From: a virus
Length of the DNA stretch: 64,000 bases
Virus record (IMG/VR): IMGVR_UViG_3300017971_000272
Coordinates: 1 to 64,000 of that record
Strand: one strand, 5' to 3'
Made by a program: the position numbers and the translations under genes
The notes under the pieces: generated by a model
Told to the model about the DNA's origin: nothing
Database searches by the model: none
What the model saw: the letters and a program-made list of their open reading frames with translations, nothing else
Part shown: in pieces, positions 1 to 9,140 of the stretch
Layout of the letters: every line of letters begins with the position of its first letter
Numbering within the stretch: position 1 is the stretch's first letter

Positions 1-1
1 C

Positions 2-427
2 CAGGATGAAAAGATATGGGATGATGTTCTTTGTTACGAATCATCTGCATATTATGAGGGTTATTATTTAAATCAAATTGAACTTGCTATATGGCTATAT
101 AAAAATAAAGGACATCGTAATAATCAAATAGTATTACAAATAGCCAAACCTACCGATATGTTATTACAAGATCCTCCTTGTTTAAGGCATATAGATACAC
201 GTATTCAGGATAATAAACTACACTTTATTATCTATTTTAGATCATGGGATCTATGGGCAGGAATGCCTGCCAATCTTGCAGGTATCGAAGCTCTACAACA
301 ATATATGGCAAATGAGATAGGGGTTCAGCAAGGAGAGTTCATTGTTGAATCTAAAGGACTTCATTTGTATGGATATGCAGAAGATTTGGCCCGATTAAGG
401 ACAATGAAAAATATCAGTAAGAATTAA
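2..427 (+). CDS. thyA: Thymidylate synthase, 5'-truncated by window edge
   Basis: Frame is open from base 2. Contains DPPCL (catalytic Cys), YFRSWDL, PANLAG and HLY motifs. Confidence 0.9.
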   Translation, partial: QDEKIWDDVLCYESSAYYEGYYLNQIELAIWLYKNKGHRNNQIVLQIAKPTDMLLQDPPCLRHIDTRIQDNKLHFIIYFRSWDLWAGMPANLAGIEALQQYMANEIGVQQGEFIVESKGLHLYGYAEDLARLRTMKNISKN

Positions 428-445
428 AAAAATTAATAAATAAGG

Positions 446-474
446 TTGACTTTATTTTTATTCTCCTGTATAAC
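446..474 (+). promoter_or_regulatory. Sigma70-type promoter, repeated cassette family
   Basis: TTGACT(446-451)-N17-TATAAC(469-474). Near-identical copies on the - strand at 57645-57673, 59146-59174 and 62951-62979. Confidence 0.85.
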
Positions 475-509
475 TGTACTTAACACTAACCAAACAAGGA
501 GATAAAACC

Positions 510-791
510 ATGCAAACCATCATAATTCCATCACCTTTACAGTCTTGGCCGCATAAAACTAACTATGAGTACAGAGCGTTATTAGAGGACCGGAGAGGCG
601 AGAAAATAATAACAATTCAGGTGCGTGATACTACCGATTCAGATGACAAATGGGAATATACTCCTGGGAGATGGTATCTTGATAGTTTACGGAAAAGCAT
701 CAAGGATATAGTTTTTATTGATTATGGATCGGAATGGGCTGTTTGCGGTATGCAGGAGGTCATGAGAATAGCAGAAAATATCGATATATAG
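510..791 (+). CDS. Hypothetical early protein
   Basis: AAGGAG SD. Has its own promoter and a downstream hairpin (GGGAC-CGAAAA-GTCCC, 803-818). Confidence 0.8.
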   Translation: MQTIIIPSPLQSWPHKTNYEYRALLEDRRGEKIITIQVRDTTDSDDKWEYTPGRWYLDSLRKSIKDIVFIDYGSEWAVCGMQEVMRIAENIDI

Positions 792-843
792 TAACATATA
801 CCGGGACCGAAAAGTCCCTATTAAATAATAAAGGTAGATTTTA

Positions 844-1497
844 ATGGAAAATAGATATCGTTCTTTACTTGCAAAAAGAGATCTGCTTAAAAAACAACTT
901 GCTCAAAAAACAACTCAACTTGAGCAAGTTGAAAAGGATCATAAAAATCATATCAAAGCAAGAGCTGTTATTACTGAACTGTTAGAAAACTCTCAGGATA
1001 AAATGAAAAAAAGAGTAGGGAGTTTAGTGACAAGCGCTATGTCCAGTGTTTTTAATCGTCCCTATAAATTCTCTTTAGAATTTATTCAAAAAAGAAACAA
1101 AGTAGAATGCGTGCCTGTTATAACAGAAAATGATATTATTAATGATGATATCAAATATGATATGGGAGGTGGAATTCTTCCTATTATTTCCTTTCCTCTT
1201 CGTATAGTTTTTAAAACTATACAGGCTAATCCTACAAGAGATGTTATTATATTAGATGAGCCAATAAAAGGTAGTCTTAGCGATCAGACATTGGATAAAA
1301 CAATATCAATGTTTAACGAGCTATCTAAAAAACTCGGAATACAATTAATCCTAATAACCCATTATAAAGAACTGTCCAATGTATGTGATAAGGTTTTTCA
1401 AATAACTCATGATGGAAATAAAAGCATTGTTGAAGGGGATAAAACTGATGCTAAATCAAATAAAAATATTACAAAAAGAACAAGAACCAGACATTAA
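844..1497 (+). CDS. SbcC/Rad50-like recombination ATPase, C-terminal half
   Basis: N-terminal coiled coil, signature-like MGGG, Walker B IILDEP, H-loop LILITH. No Walker A. Confidence 0.8.
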   Translation: MENRYRSLLAKRDLLKKQLAQKTTQLEQVEKDHKNHIKARAVITELLENSQDKMKKRVGSLVTSAMSSVFNRPYKFSLEFIQKRNKVECVPVITENDIINDDIKYDMGGGILPIISFPLRIVFKTIQANPTRDVIILDEPIKGSLSDQTLDKTISMFNELSKKLGIQLILITHYKELSNVCDKVFQITHDGNKSIVEGDKTDAKSNKNITKRTRTRH

Positions 1498-1774
1498 AGA
1501 CCGGATAGGATTTTTTATTGTTGATGAATATTTTATTCTTAACCAATCTTTAGTTTTAACAAAAATAATAGAAAACTTTATAATCACAAATGTACAACAT
1601 TTCCCTGCTTCCAAAAGACTTAAATATACAGCTATGTCTCTTTTGTTTGATAAAATAAAAAATAATGATCCAGTACCACAATATGAGATTATTATAACTA
1701 AACAAAATGATCCACAACATGATATTGTAGTATATGATCTAAAAGTAAATAAAATAAAGGAGGCGATTTCCTAA
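1448..1774 (+). CDS. Hypothetical protein
   Basis: ORF track 1409..1774. ATG at 1448 follows AAGGGG; start uncertain. Confidence 0.6.
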   Translation: MLNQIKILQKEQEPDIKDRIGFFIVDEYFILNQSLVLTKIIENFIITNVQHFPASKRLKYTAMSLLFDKIKNNDPVPQYEIIITKQNDPQHDIVVYDLKVNKIKEAIS

Positions 1775-1812
1775 TTAATTTTTAATCTTTCATTTATAAA
1801 GGGAGGGAACTA

Positions 1813-2007
1813 ATGGACCATAATTTTGATAATGTTATTAACAACTTGATCAGTAATGGATGGAGACTTGATGAGAGATCTCCTAATTTCAAATTACTTG
1901 AACCTCCTGATGGGGATCTTAGAAAACATTTTAAAATGAAATGGAAAGAAATCATATATAAGAATAAACCATTATTCATTCCCGATTTCGCTTTATTAGA
2001 AAACTAA
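1813..2007 (+). CDS. Hypothetical protein
   Basis: GGGAGG SD before the ATG. Confidence 0.65.
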   Translation: MDHNFDNVINNLISNGWRLDERSPNFKLLEPPDGDLRKHFKMKWKEIIYKNKPLFIPDFALLEN

Positions 2008-2021
2008 ATGGAGGATTATTT

Positions 2022-2216
2022 ATGCTTTATCTTTTTTTATTTATGATTGGATGGTTTTTTGCCATGTATATTTGTCAAATTTACTATAAAGAAATGTTTA
2101 AATTAACATTAGATAGATATCTTAATAAATATATTGAATTGCTTAAAAAGCTATCAGAAGAAAATGAATCTTTAAAAAAAGAAAATGAGTTTATTAAAAA
2201 CTCTTTAGATAATTAA
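2022..2216 (+). CDS. Small membrane-anchored coiled-coil protein
   Basis: GGAGG SD, hydrophobic N-terminus. Confidence 0.65.
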   Translation: MLYLFLFMIGWFFAMYICQIYYKEMFKLTLDRYLNKYIELLKKLSEENESLKKENEFIKNSLDN

Positions 2217-2455
2217 TCTGCTAATAAATTAGAATCTAAGTTTAACTACATGACTGCACTAAAAGGTAATTGGAATGGCATTGAATAAGTTTTTAGTCCT
2301 TAAATATAACACATATGAAGTCCTCCTTTTTCACTGGATTAAAATGTGAATTATGTTTTATACTACTAAAAAAGAAAATTTATTAAATAGATGCGTAGAT
2401 ACTTTCCAGGTTGCTTTTAGAGATTCTATTTTATTATTATTTAAAGGAGTCTTTT

Positions 2456-2644
2456 ATGTGGGATTTGGATAACTGGTACACTGGTGATTATAATATCTAT
2501 CAAAGTGATAGTAAGGATAATAAAAAAGAACAAAATGTTAATTGTTGGTGTGGTACTAAAGCAGTTAAAAAATGTAAACGATGTGATCAACCCCTTTGTA
2601 ATAATTACTTTTGTAAAATTGAACATAATTCTCAAAAACATTAA
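2456..2644 (+). CDS. Small Zn-finger-like protein
   Basis: AAGGAG SD before ATG 2456. CxC..CxxC..C..C..H pattern. Confidence 0.6.
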   Translation: MWDLDNWYTGDYNIYQSDSKDNKKEQNVNCWCGTKAVKKCKRCDQPLCNNYFCKIEHNSQKH

Positions 2645-2654
2645 GGAGCTATTG

Positions 2655-2939
2655 ATGAAAAAACAACCTATTCGATACTATTATGTCACATTTAGTTATA
2701 TTGCTTATCCTATTGGAAAAAGGGAAGATAAGCAATTACATATAACTGATATGGTATTACTTGATACATCTGAAGAAGAATTACAAAGGGGATTAGCAAG
2801 AATACATATAGCTCTCAAAGATAAACTAATGGAAATAGATCAATCTATACCAGCAAGTTATATAGTTAGAACTAAAAAACAGATACTAAGCCATATTGAA
2901 GATGAGAAAAGACTTTTAAAAAATATTAAAAGGAAATAA
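2655..2939 (+). CDS. Hypothetical protein
   Basis: AAGGAG SD about 2643-2648 favours a start near 2655 rather than 2484. Confidence 0.55.
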   Translation: MKKQPIRYYYVTFSYIAYPIGKREDKQLHITDMVLLDTSEEELQRGLARIHIALKDKLMEIDQSIPASYIVRTKKQILSHIEDEKRLLKNIKRK

Positions 2940-3022
2940 TATGTCTAATTTTAGATATTATATTTTGAAATGGTATAAAAGCAAATGGAATAAACGAACC
3001 CCTAAAAAAAGGAGGAACAAGA

Positions 3023-3376
3023 ATGGCAGATCCAAATAAAAAATTAAGTGTTAAATCTTACTTTGCTATGATCATTACTCTTGCTACAATCTGCAGTGGA
3101 ATATTTTTTATTGAAGATCGCTATGCTAAGGCTGAAGAAACCAACAAAAGTATATCTATGCTAAAGGCAGAAACCACTCAAACATTTACTCAGATAAGAA
3201 AAGATCTAAGAAAAGATGCTTTACAAGCAAGAAAACAAATCCTCTTAAACAGAAAATACCTTCTTAGATCTTACAAAAGAAAATATCCCAATGATCCTGA
3301 AATCGATAGGGATATTAAAGAAGTTAAAGAAGAGATCAGTATTGTAAATGAACTACTTGATAGAGAATCTTTATAA
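3023..3376 (+). CDS. Single-TM coiled-coil protein
   Basis: AGGAGG SD, one hydrophobic helix. Its stop abuts the stop of the convergent tail gene. Confidence 0.7.
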   Translation: MADPNKKLSVKSYFAMIITLATICSGIFFIEDRYAKAEETNKSISMLKAETTQTFTQIRKDLRKDALQARKQILLNRKYLLRSYKRKYPNDPEIDRDIKEVKEEISIVNELLDRESL

Positions 3377-3802
3377 TCACATTCCTGTAGCGTTTAAAAG
3401 TCTCAAACGTACCTGATACCAATCTTGAGTAGGGTCAGGTACGTTTATATAATCAGGTCTTAATACATGCGGTATAACCTCAACAGGCTCTCCTGATTCA
3501 TGATCAAATACCACATCTTTAGTAGTACCATCACACATTGTCAATGTCATAATATTTTGAGTGGCTCTATCTCTTAACTGAATCAATTTATCCACTTTAT
3601 CTTTTGATAACCAGCTACAATCAAGAATAATTGGCTGAGTGGCTGCTAAAGGGCTTATATTTTCTAAAGTAGCTGTTCCATCAAGAGCAAGTCTAACACT
3701 TTGAGGAACAGGAGTCCAGGCCCATTCATTTTCAAATATACAGTCCTCAGATAAATCAGTACTCAAGGGTATTACAGGATCTGATAAATTTGCCATACTC
3801 AT
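3377..3802 (-). CDS. Tail tip / minor tail protein
   Basis: Last gene of the tail operon. ENEWAWTPV..ALDG..QPIIL pattern recalls siphophage tail-tip proteins. AGGAGG SD. Confidence 0.65.
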   Translation of the reverse strand: MSMANLSDPVIPLSTDLSEDCIFENEWAWTPVPQSVRLALDGTATLENISPLAATQPIILDCSWLSKDKVDKLIQLRDRATQNIMTLTMCDGTTKDVVFDHESGEPVEVIPHVLRPDYINVPDPTQDWYQVRLRLLNATGM

Positions 3803-3814
3803 ATAAACACCTCC

Positions 3815-4045
3815 TTATACTATTACATCTGTACTTTGTGGCAATGATGGAGCTTGATTTTGTATTATTCCATCTAATATAAAACATTTATTTCCTACTG
3901 GAATATTTGATCCTATAACAGTATATTCTTGATCATATAAATCTTTAACTATGCTGTTATCTCCTGATATACTTAAAACAGTAGCTATCATTAAATCAGC
4001 TCTTTCAGATAGTCTTTTAAACTTAGTCCATACATTTGTTGACAT
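3815..4045 (-). CDS. Small tail-associated protein
   Basis: ATG 4045 (MSTNVWTKF) with AAGGAG SD, coupled to the upstream stop. Confidence 0.6.
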   Translation of the reverse strand: MSTNVWTKFKRLSERADLMIATVLSISGDNSIVKDLYDQEYTVIGSNIPVGNKCFILDGIIQNQAPSLPQSTDVIV

Positions 4046-5625
4046 TATGTCCAACTCCTTTCTACACTCACTATCTGTGTTACTTGTGGCAAAGATGCCT
4101 CTATGCTTACAGATGTTATCAAGCCTCTCCATACTTCAAATAAATCCTCTACTTGAACTATGTCTGTTGGAAACAATAATTTTGGTCTTACTGCTGATGA
4201 TTGAAGTGGCAATGGTAATCTCATTGTATAATTAGTTTTATTGTATCCATCTTGATCAAGGATGTTTCTGCCTTTTTCAGCATTGACTTGAGCTGTTGTT
4301 AATAAAGTTAACGATACACTTGGAGCTGGAATTGTCCAAGGTTCTCCATCTCTTTTTACATGGGTTATGTATCCAGCTTCTCTACCAGTGACAAACACAT
4401 TATCATATTTAGATTTTGGACTCCATTCAATATCTTGTCCAAATATAACTCCAGCAAGTATGTATTCATCTGGAGTTATGCTATCAAAGTTCTTTGGAGA
4501 TGTGGGATATCTATAATTAAATATCATTCTTTTTTCATATGTTTCAGATAATGGAAATCCACCTTTGGTCATCATAACTCCACCACTTGCTTTGACCACC
4601 TCACTACAGATATCTATAATGGTTTTATCCTTAACACTATAAATATCCCCTGGAATATTCCAATCAACAACATTCCAATCCTGGAACCATCCCTCAGCAT
4701 CTAATTCATAACCGGTTATTTGTTGAGCATTGATGCCAAGAGGATAAGAAGTGGAATCCCATGTTTTTGTTTGTAGTATAGCATATGGCTTTGCAAGGGA
4801 ACAGCTTGGGGATCTTCCTTGGATATTGTATGTTCCATTACCGTACTCGTAATTCTCTGATATTTGCTCTACCCAAAAATGCCAGTAGTATTCATTTATA
4901 TTCAATCTAACTTCTATAGGACCTTGACCTGTAGGTCTCGCGTATTCTGCATCAACTCTTGTATTACAAATAGCAGAAAAATTCCATGTCCAGGAATCTA
5001 TATCTGTACTAACACTTGCTGATAATATATTAATCTTTTGCCCATCACTTACTCTAATTAAAGTTACATCATTCTTTATCATGATAACACTCCCTGTTGC
5101 TATCCATGCGCTTTCACATCCTTGTGGAGTAGGACCTATAATTACTTTATCTTCATCATATTCAGCTTGGCAAATAACATCTATTACATTTCCTATGTTC
5201 CATCCACTTTCACAAAGTACATCAACAAATAAACCCCTACTCCAAGCACTTTGACAATTAACATCAACAAATAAGACCCTACTCCAAGCAGATTCACATT
5301 GCTTATCTATTGGAGTAGCTATATCCCATCCACTTTCACATAAAACATCGATTGATAAAGCTATCTCCCATGCTGATTCACATAATAAATCAACAGTAAG
5401 GGCTTTTGACCATGCACTGTTACATTGCTTATCTATTGGAATAGATCGTTCCCATGCTGATTCACATTGCTTATCTATTGGAATAGATCGTTCCCATGCT
5501 GATTCACATTGAACATCTTTAGCAACTGTTTTAGCCCAAGCACTTTCACAATCTGTGTCCAAAGATACTGAAGTACTCCAAGAACAAGAACAAGGCACAA
5601 TCATATTTGGATTTAATAAACTCAT
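4045..5625 (-). CDS. Tail tip/hub protein with N-terminal 15-aa CESAW repeats
   Basis: Position after the tape measure and large tail gene; about 11 CxSxW repeats. Confidence 0.7.
   Translation of the reverse strand: MSLLNPNMIVPCSCSWSTSVSLDTDCESAWAKTVAKDVQCESAWERSIPIDKQCESAWERSIPIDKQCNSAWSKALTVDLLCESAWEIALSIDVLCESGWDIATPIDKQCESAWSRVLFVDVNCQSAWSRGLFVDVLCESGWNIGNVIDVICQAEYDEDKVIIGPTPQGCESAWIATGSVIMIKNDVTLIRVSDGQKINILSASVSTDIDSWTWNFSAICNTRVDAEYARPTGQGPIEVRLNINEYYWHFWVEQISENYEYGNGTYNIQGRSPSCSLAKPYAILQTKTWDSTSYPLGINAQQITGYELDAEGWFQDWNVVDWNIPGDIYSVKDKTIIDICSEVVKASGGVMMTKGGFPLSETYEKRMIFNYRYPTSPKNFDSITPDEYILAGVIFGQDIEWSPKSKYDNVFVTGREAGYITHVKRDGEPWTIPAPSVSLTLLTTAQVNAEKGRNILDQDGYNKTNYTMRLPLPLQSSAVRPKLLFPTDIVQVEDLFEVWRGLITSVSIEASLPQVTQIVSVERSWT
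5095..5595 (-). repeat. 45-nt period coding tandem repeat (CESAWxxxxxxDxx)
   Basis: Near-identical adjacent units at about 5423-5510, degenerate units on both sides. Confidence 0.85.
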
Positions 5626-8600
5626 TAAGAAGCTACATCCCCTCTTATTTCAAATACAGAGCTATCATCTGTAGTATCTGATGCCCTTGCATTTATCACT
5701 CTTGCTATCCACAAAGGAGCACCTGCCTCAATGGTATTAAATCGTATAATATTTCCTACCTGCCATCCTATCCCCCATCCGGCATTGCTTAATGTGAAAT
5801 AAACAGCACCTGTATTTGGGTTAGTAATAGCTATATTAGCTCCACCATCTCCAACTGTTATTCCTGCCTGAACTACTCCTAAATGCTCATTATTCACAGA
5901 AACAACAAAGGTATCTGTATCAATAACAGATGTAATTTCTATAGCCCATTTACCATCCTCAGCACCATGATTAGTTACTATTACTGGATATGTTACATGG
6001 TCATAGGTTCCATCTGCTGGATTGCCTATCTGAGTATCACTATATGTTGATCCATCCCATGTTTGTTGTGTGAACCATGTATCATATGATGCCTGTAAAT
6101 CTCCTTTAACAATAGCGTTGCTAATTGTTGTATTAGCTGCTGAAAAAGAATTACTTAATTGATTAGCTATGATTATTCTATCATGATAAACAGATTGGAT
6201 AATAACTGCCTCTACATTTACTCCATCATTTAAAATAGCTAAATCATCTTTTTTGAAAGCAGGCACCATTCCATCTGGAGGAAATTTACCAGTATTTATT
6301 TGATCATAATCTATGGGATAAGTATATCCCCCATAAATATAATCTACTAAAAAGGAATCAACAGCTACAGAATCATTAAAAGATATTATAGCATATCCAT
6401 TTTCCTTATCAAGAAAACCATTACCATCACCAGTTAAAACACCACCTACTTCTTCTATTTGTATATCTGATAAATCAGTAGCTTTTTTTGCTTTTGCTAA
6501 AAAAGTATTTAAAACCAGATTATCTCCGGCAAGAACCACAGAAAAGTTTTTAGTTGTTCGAGGTATGGAAAAATATTCTGCAATAATGGATGAGATAACA
6601 TCTGTTCCATCTGTGCTTGTTAAATTGCCAGTTCCCAAAGTATAATTGAAATCTCCTGCTACATCCGGAAAACCTGACATATCTGTTACATTACTTGCTA
6701 CAAATGATCCATTAATGCCATAAGTGCCTGAAAAAGAAAATATACCATCCGGAGAATAAGCCCCACTTCTTACTCCAAGATCTATATTTGAATAGAATGG
6801 GCTAAATACTTGCTCAACAAGCCAAGTTTCACCATTATCATTTGTGTAAAGCACTATACCTACTTTAGCTGTAGTGGGATAATTATTTGCGCTCTTAACA
6901 GGCACTACAAAAGTTTTTTGACCGTTATTAAAAACAGGACCAAAATTTGCTGTAGTTACTGAACCCCAATCAGGTATACTATCTATAATTTTGGATAATA
7001 GAGTGCTCCAGGTTTTCCCACCATCAGTTGATCTTAAAACTTCATTATTAGTTGTGGTAAGCATCCATGTGTTATTAGATTTATTACAAGATACTCCTGT
7101 TATATCGCCTGTTATGCCTGTATTCTTAGCTGTGTAGGTTTGTCCATCAGAACTGTAATAAAGTATGGATGTGTTAAGAGTCCATACTATAATTACATCA
7201 TCTCCATTTTCATCAGTCCCCTCAGCAGCACCTCCAAGAGTATATCCGAATATTTGAGCACTTACAGTCCAGTTACTATAATCATCACTGTACATAACCT
7301 TATTTTCTCTTGAAACAAGAACTATCCTTCCATTTACTTGAGCAGCTCCTCTCACATCTGCCCATTCTCCTGCTACCCATCCCGATGCATTTTTCAAATC
7401 AATATGGGACCATACTCCAGCAGTACCATCTCTAACAATCACTCCCCATTCTTCTGTTGTTGATTGTGATGTGCCAAATACAAATTGTTTATCATTAACT
7501 GAATCATAGTACATGCCTCTTATCTGCTCTACCCAATAACCAAAACTCTGTCCATCTATCTGATCCCCTTTTTGAAGCACAACAACATAATCATATCCAT
7601 TACTACCTGAGTACACTCTTGGGGCCTTAGTGTACTGTCCTGGAACCTGAGTATCAGGCACAAAAAAAGTATCTTTGTGATAATAAGTTTTATAAAGATT
7701 ATATGTTCTATTATCATAATTGCTCCCTTGATCATCTCCAGGACCTATTATTGTCCGTTTATCCCATTGTAATACACCATTGCCATTATCTATTACATTA
7801 TAAGGGCCTCCACTTGTTAATGATACTTTCAACAATATAGATCCAGGATTAATACTGGACATTCCAAAATCAAGAGGTATAGGTAAATTACCTGGATTCC
7901 CGCATGGAATATTTTCTTGTTCAGTAAATCCTACTTCACTTTGATATTCATATATCAAATGTGTTCCTATATCAGGAGCATTATCTAAATTGATGGATAC
8001 CAAATCTGTATCAAGATCAATAGTACCTGTCCCATAACCATCAATAGTACCTGTTCCATCATCTTGCAGTTGTTCCCATTTATTATTCACTCTTACTTTT
8101 ATAACAAGAGTACCTACTTTTATAGGACCATATTCCATTATTTTATTATAATTAGTTTGTCCCTCAGAAACTAACAAACTATCACTATACCAAGGCTGTA
8201 AAATCCCATTAACATATTTATTCAGTTTATCTATCCAATAATTATCTATTACACTTGCTAATGGAAAAGGAGCATAGTCTTCAATCACAATATTATTTAA
8301 TATTGTAGGGATTAATCTTACCTTAGAGGTATCAACACGTAGTACAGTATCAAAAGGGGAAGCATCTTGTCCTAATTTAATATGACCATAACATTTCCAG
8401 CTTGGATTTATAGTAGTTTGATTTAAAGTTTTTCCAGCATCATGAGCATATTCTAATGTATCTGAAAAATAAATTGCCTTATAAATAATCCTATGTACTC
8501 TTCCTTCATTGTAAGTGATATCATCTATTATTGTCTCTACTTTATTGATCTGTCTAAATTCAGTTTTAACCCCATCAACAATAACAACTATATCTCCTAC

Positions 8601-9128
8601 ACTAACTGACAATGTGTTTATTTGCTCAGATACTATTTTCCATTGCTGTATAACATTCCCATCATAAGTCACAACAAACTCTTTGTATCTTTCTATCTCT
8701 GATGCTTTAAATATCATTTTCTCATCACCTGCATTAGTTGGATATGCAGATACAGCATCACCATAAGGAATTCCACTATCTATAGTATAAGATTCTAACA
8801 CTTCTTGCATACCACCAGCTCCACCTTTTATTTGGGCATTATCATCAGTGTTAAATAAAATAATGGAAACATTTTCATCATCTGGTGGTAACTTAACTAC
8901 AAAATGAGATCCACCATACACATCAGTATTGTCAGAATCTACTTTTATCCATACTTTTCTTAACTGAATACGACCATATAATCTATCTATGCGGGTAATA
9001 TTACCAAAAAGATTATTCATTGGAGAGGCACAATCAACAGTGGTATTCCCCATATATCCACCACTCTGATCTGTATCTGTCATATTCTCAGAATTGTACA
9101 GTTTAATATCATTTGAATCTATAGTCAT
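5625..9128 (-). CDS. Large tail structural protein with inserted BNR/beta-propeller region
   Basis: N-terminal DIKL..NNLFGNITRIDRLYGRIQLRKV and C-terminal RFNT..APLWIAR..IRGD conserved-looking ends. Asp-box motifs SxDGGxTW. Confidence 0.75.
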   Translation of the reverse strand: MTIDSNDIKLYNSENMTDTDQSGGYMGNTTVDCASPMNNLFGNITRIDRLYGRIQLRKVWIKVDSDNTDVYGGSHFVVKLPPDDENVSIILFNTDDNAQIKGGAGGMQEVLESYTIDSGIPYGDAVSAYPTNAGDEKMIFKASEIERYKEFVVTYDGNVIQQWKIVSEQINTLSVSVGDIVVIVDGVKTEFRQINKVETIIDDITYNEGRVHRIIYKAIYFSDTLEYAHDAGKTLNQTTINPSWKCYGHIKLGQDASPFDTVLRVDTSKVRLIPTILNNIVIEDYAPFPLASVIDNYWIDKLNKYVNGILQPWYSDSLLVSEGQTNYNKIMEYGPIKVGTLVIKVRVNNKWEQLQDDGTGTIDGYGTGTIDLDTDLVSINLDNAPDIGTHLIYEYQSEVGFTEQENIPCGNPGNLPIPLDFGMSSINPGSILLKVSLTSGGPYNVIDNGNGVLQWDKRTIIGPGDDQGSNYDNRTYNLYKTYYHKDTFFVPDTQVPGQYTKAPRVYSGSNGYDYVVVLQKGDQIDGQSFGYWVEQIRGMYYDSVNDKQFVFGTSQSTTEEWGVIVRDGTAGVWSHIDLKNASGWVAGEWADVRGAAQVNGRIVLVSRENKVMYSDDYSNWTVSAQIFGYTLGGAAEGTDENGDDVIIVWTLNTSILYYSSDGQTYTAKNTGITGDITGVSCNKSNNTWMLTTTNNEVLRSTDGGKTWSTLLSKIIDSIPDWGSVTTANFGPVFNNGQKTFVVPVKSANNYPTTAKVGIVLYTNDNGETWLVEQVFSPFYSNIDLGVRSGAYSPDGIFSFSGTYGINGSFVASNVTDMSGFPDVAGDFNYTLGTGNLTSTDGTDVISSIIAEYFSIPRTTKNFSVVLAGDNLVLNTFLAKAKKATDLSDIQIEEVGGVLTGDGNGFLDKENGYAIISFNDSVAVDSFLVDYIYGGYTYPIDYDQINTGKFPPDGMVPAFKKDDLAILNDGVNVEAVIIQSVYHDRIIIANQLSNSFSAANTTISNAIVKGDLQASYDTWFTQQTWDGSTYSDTQIGNPADGTYDHVTYPVIVTNHGAEDGKWAIEITSVIDTDTFVVSVNNEHLGVVQAGITVGDGGANIAITNPNTGAVYFTLSNAGWGIGWQVGNIIRFNTIEAGAPLWIARVINARASDTTDDSSVFEIRGDVAS

Positions 9129-9140
9129 AATTCCTCCCTG

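Noticed and set aside
5095-5595. CRISPR-like periodic array
   Set aside because: It is an in-frame 45-nt protein repeat with no unique spacers and no cas genes.
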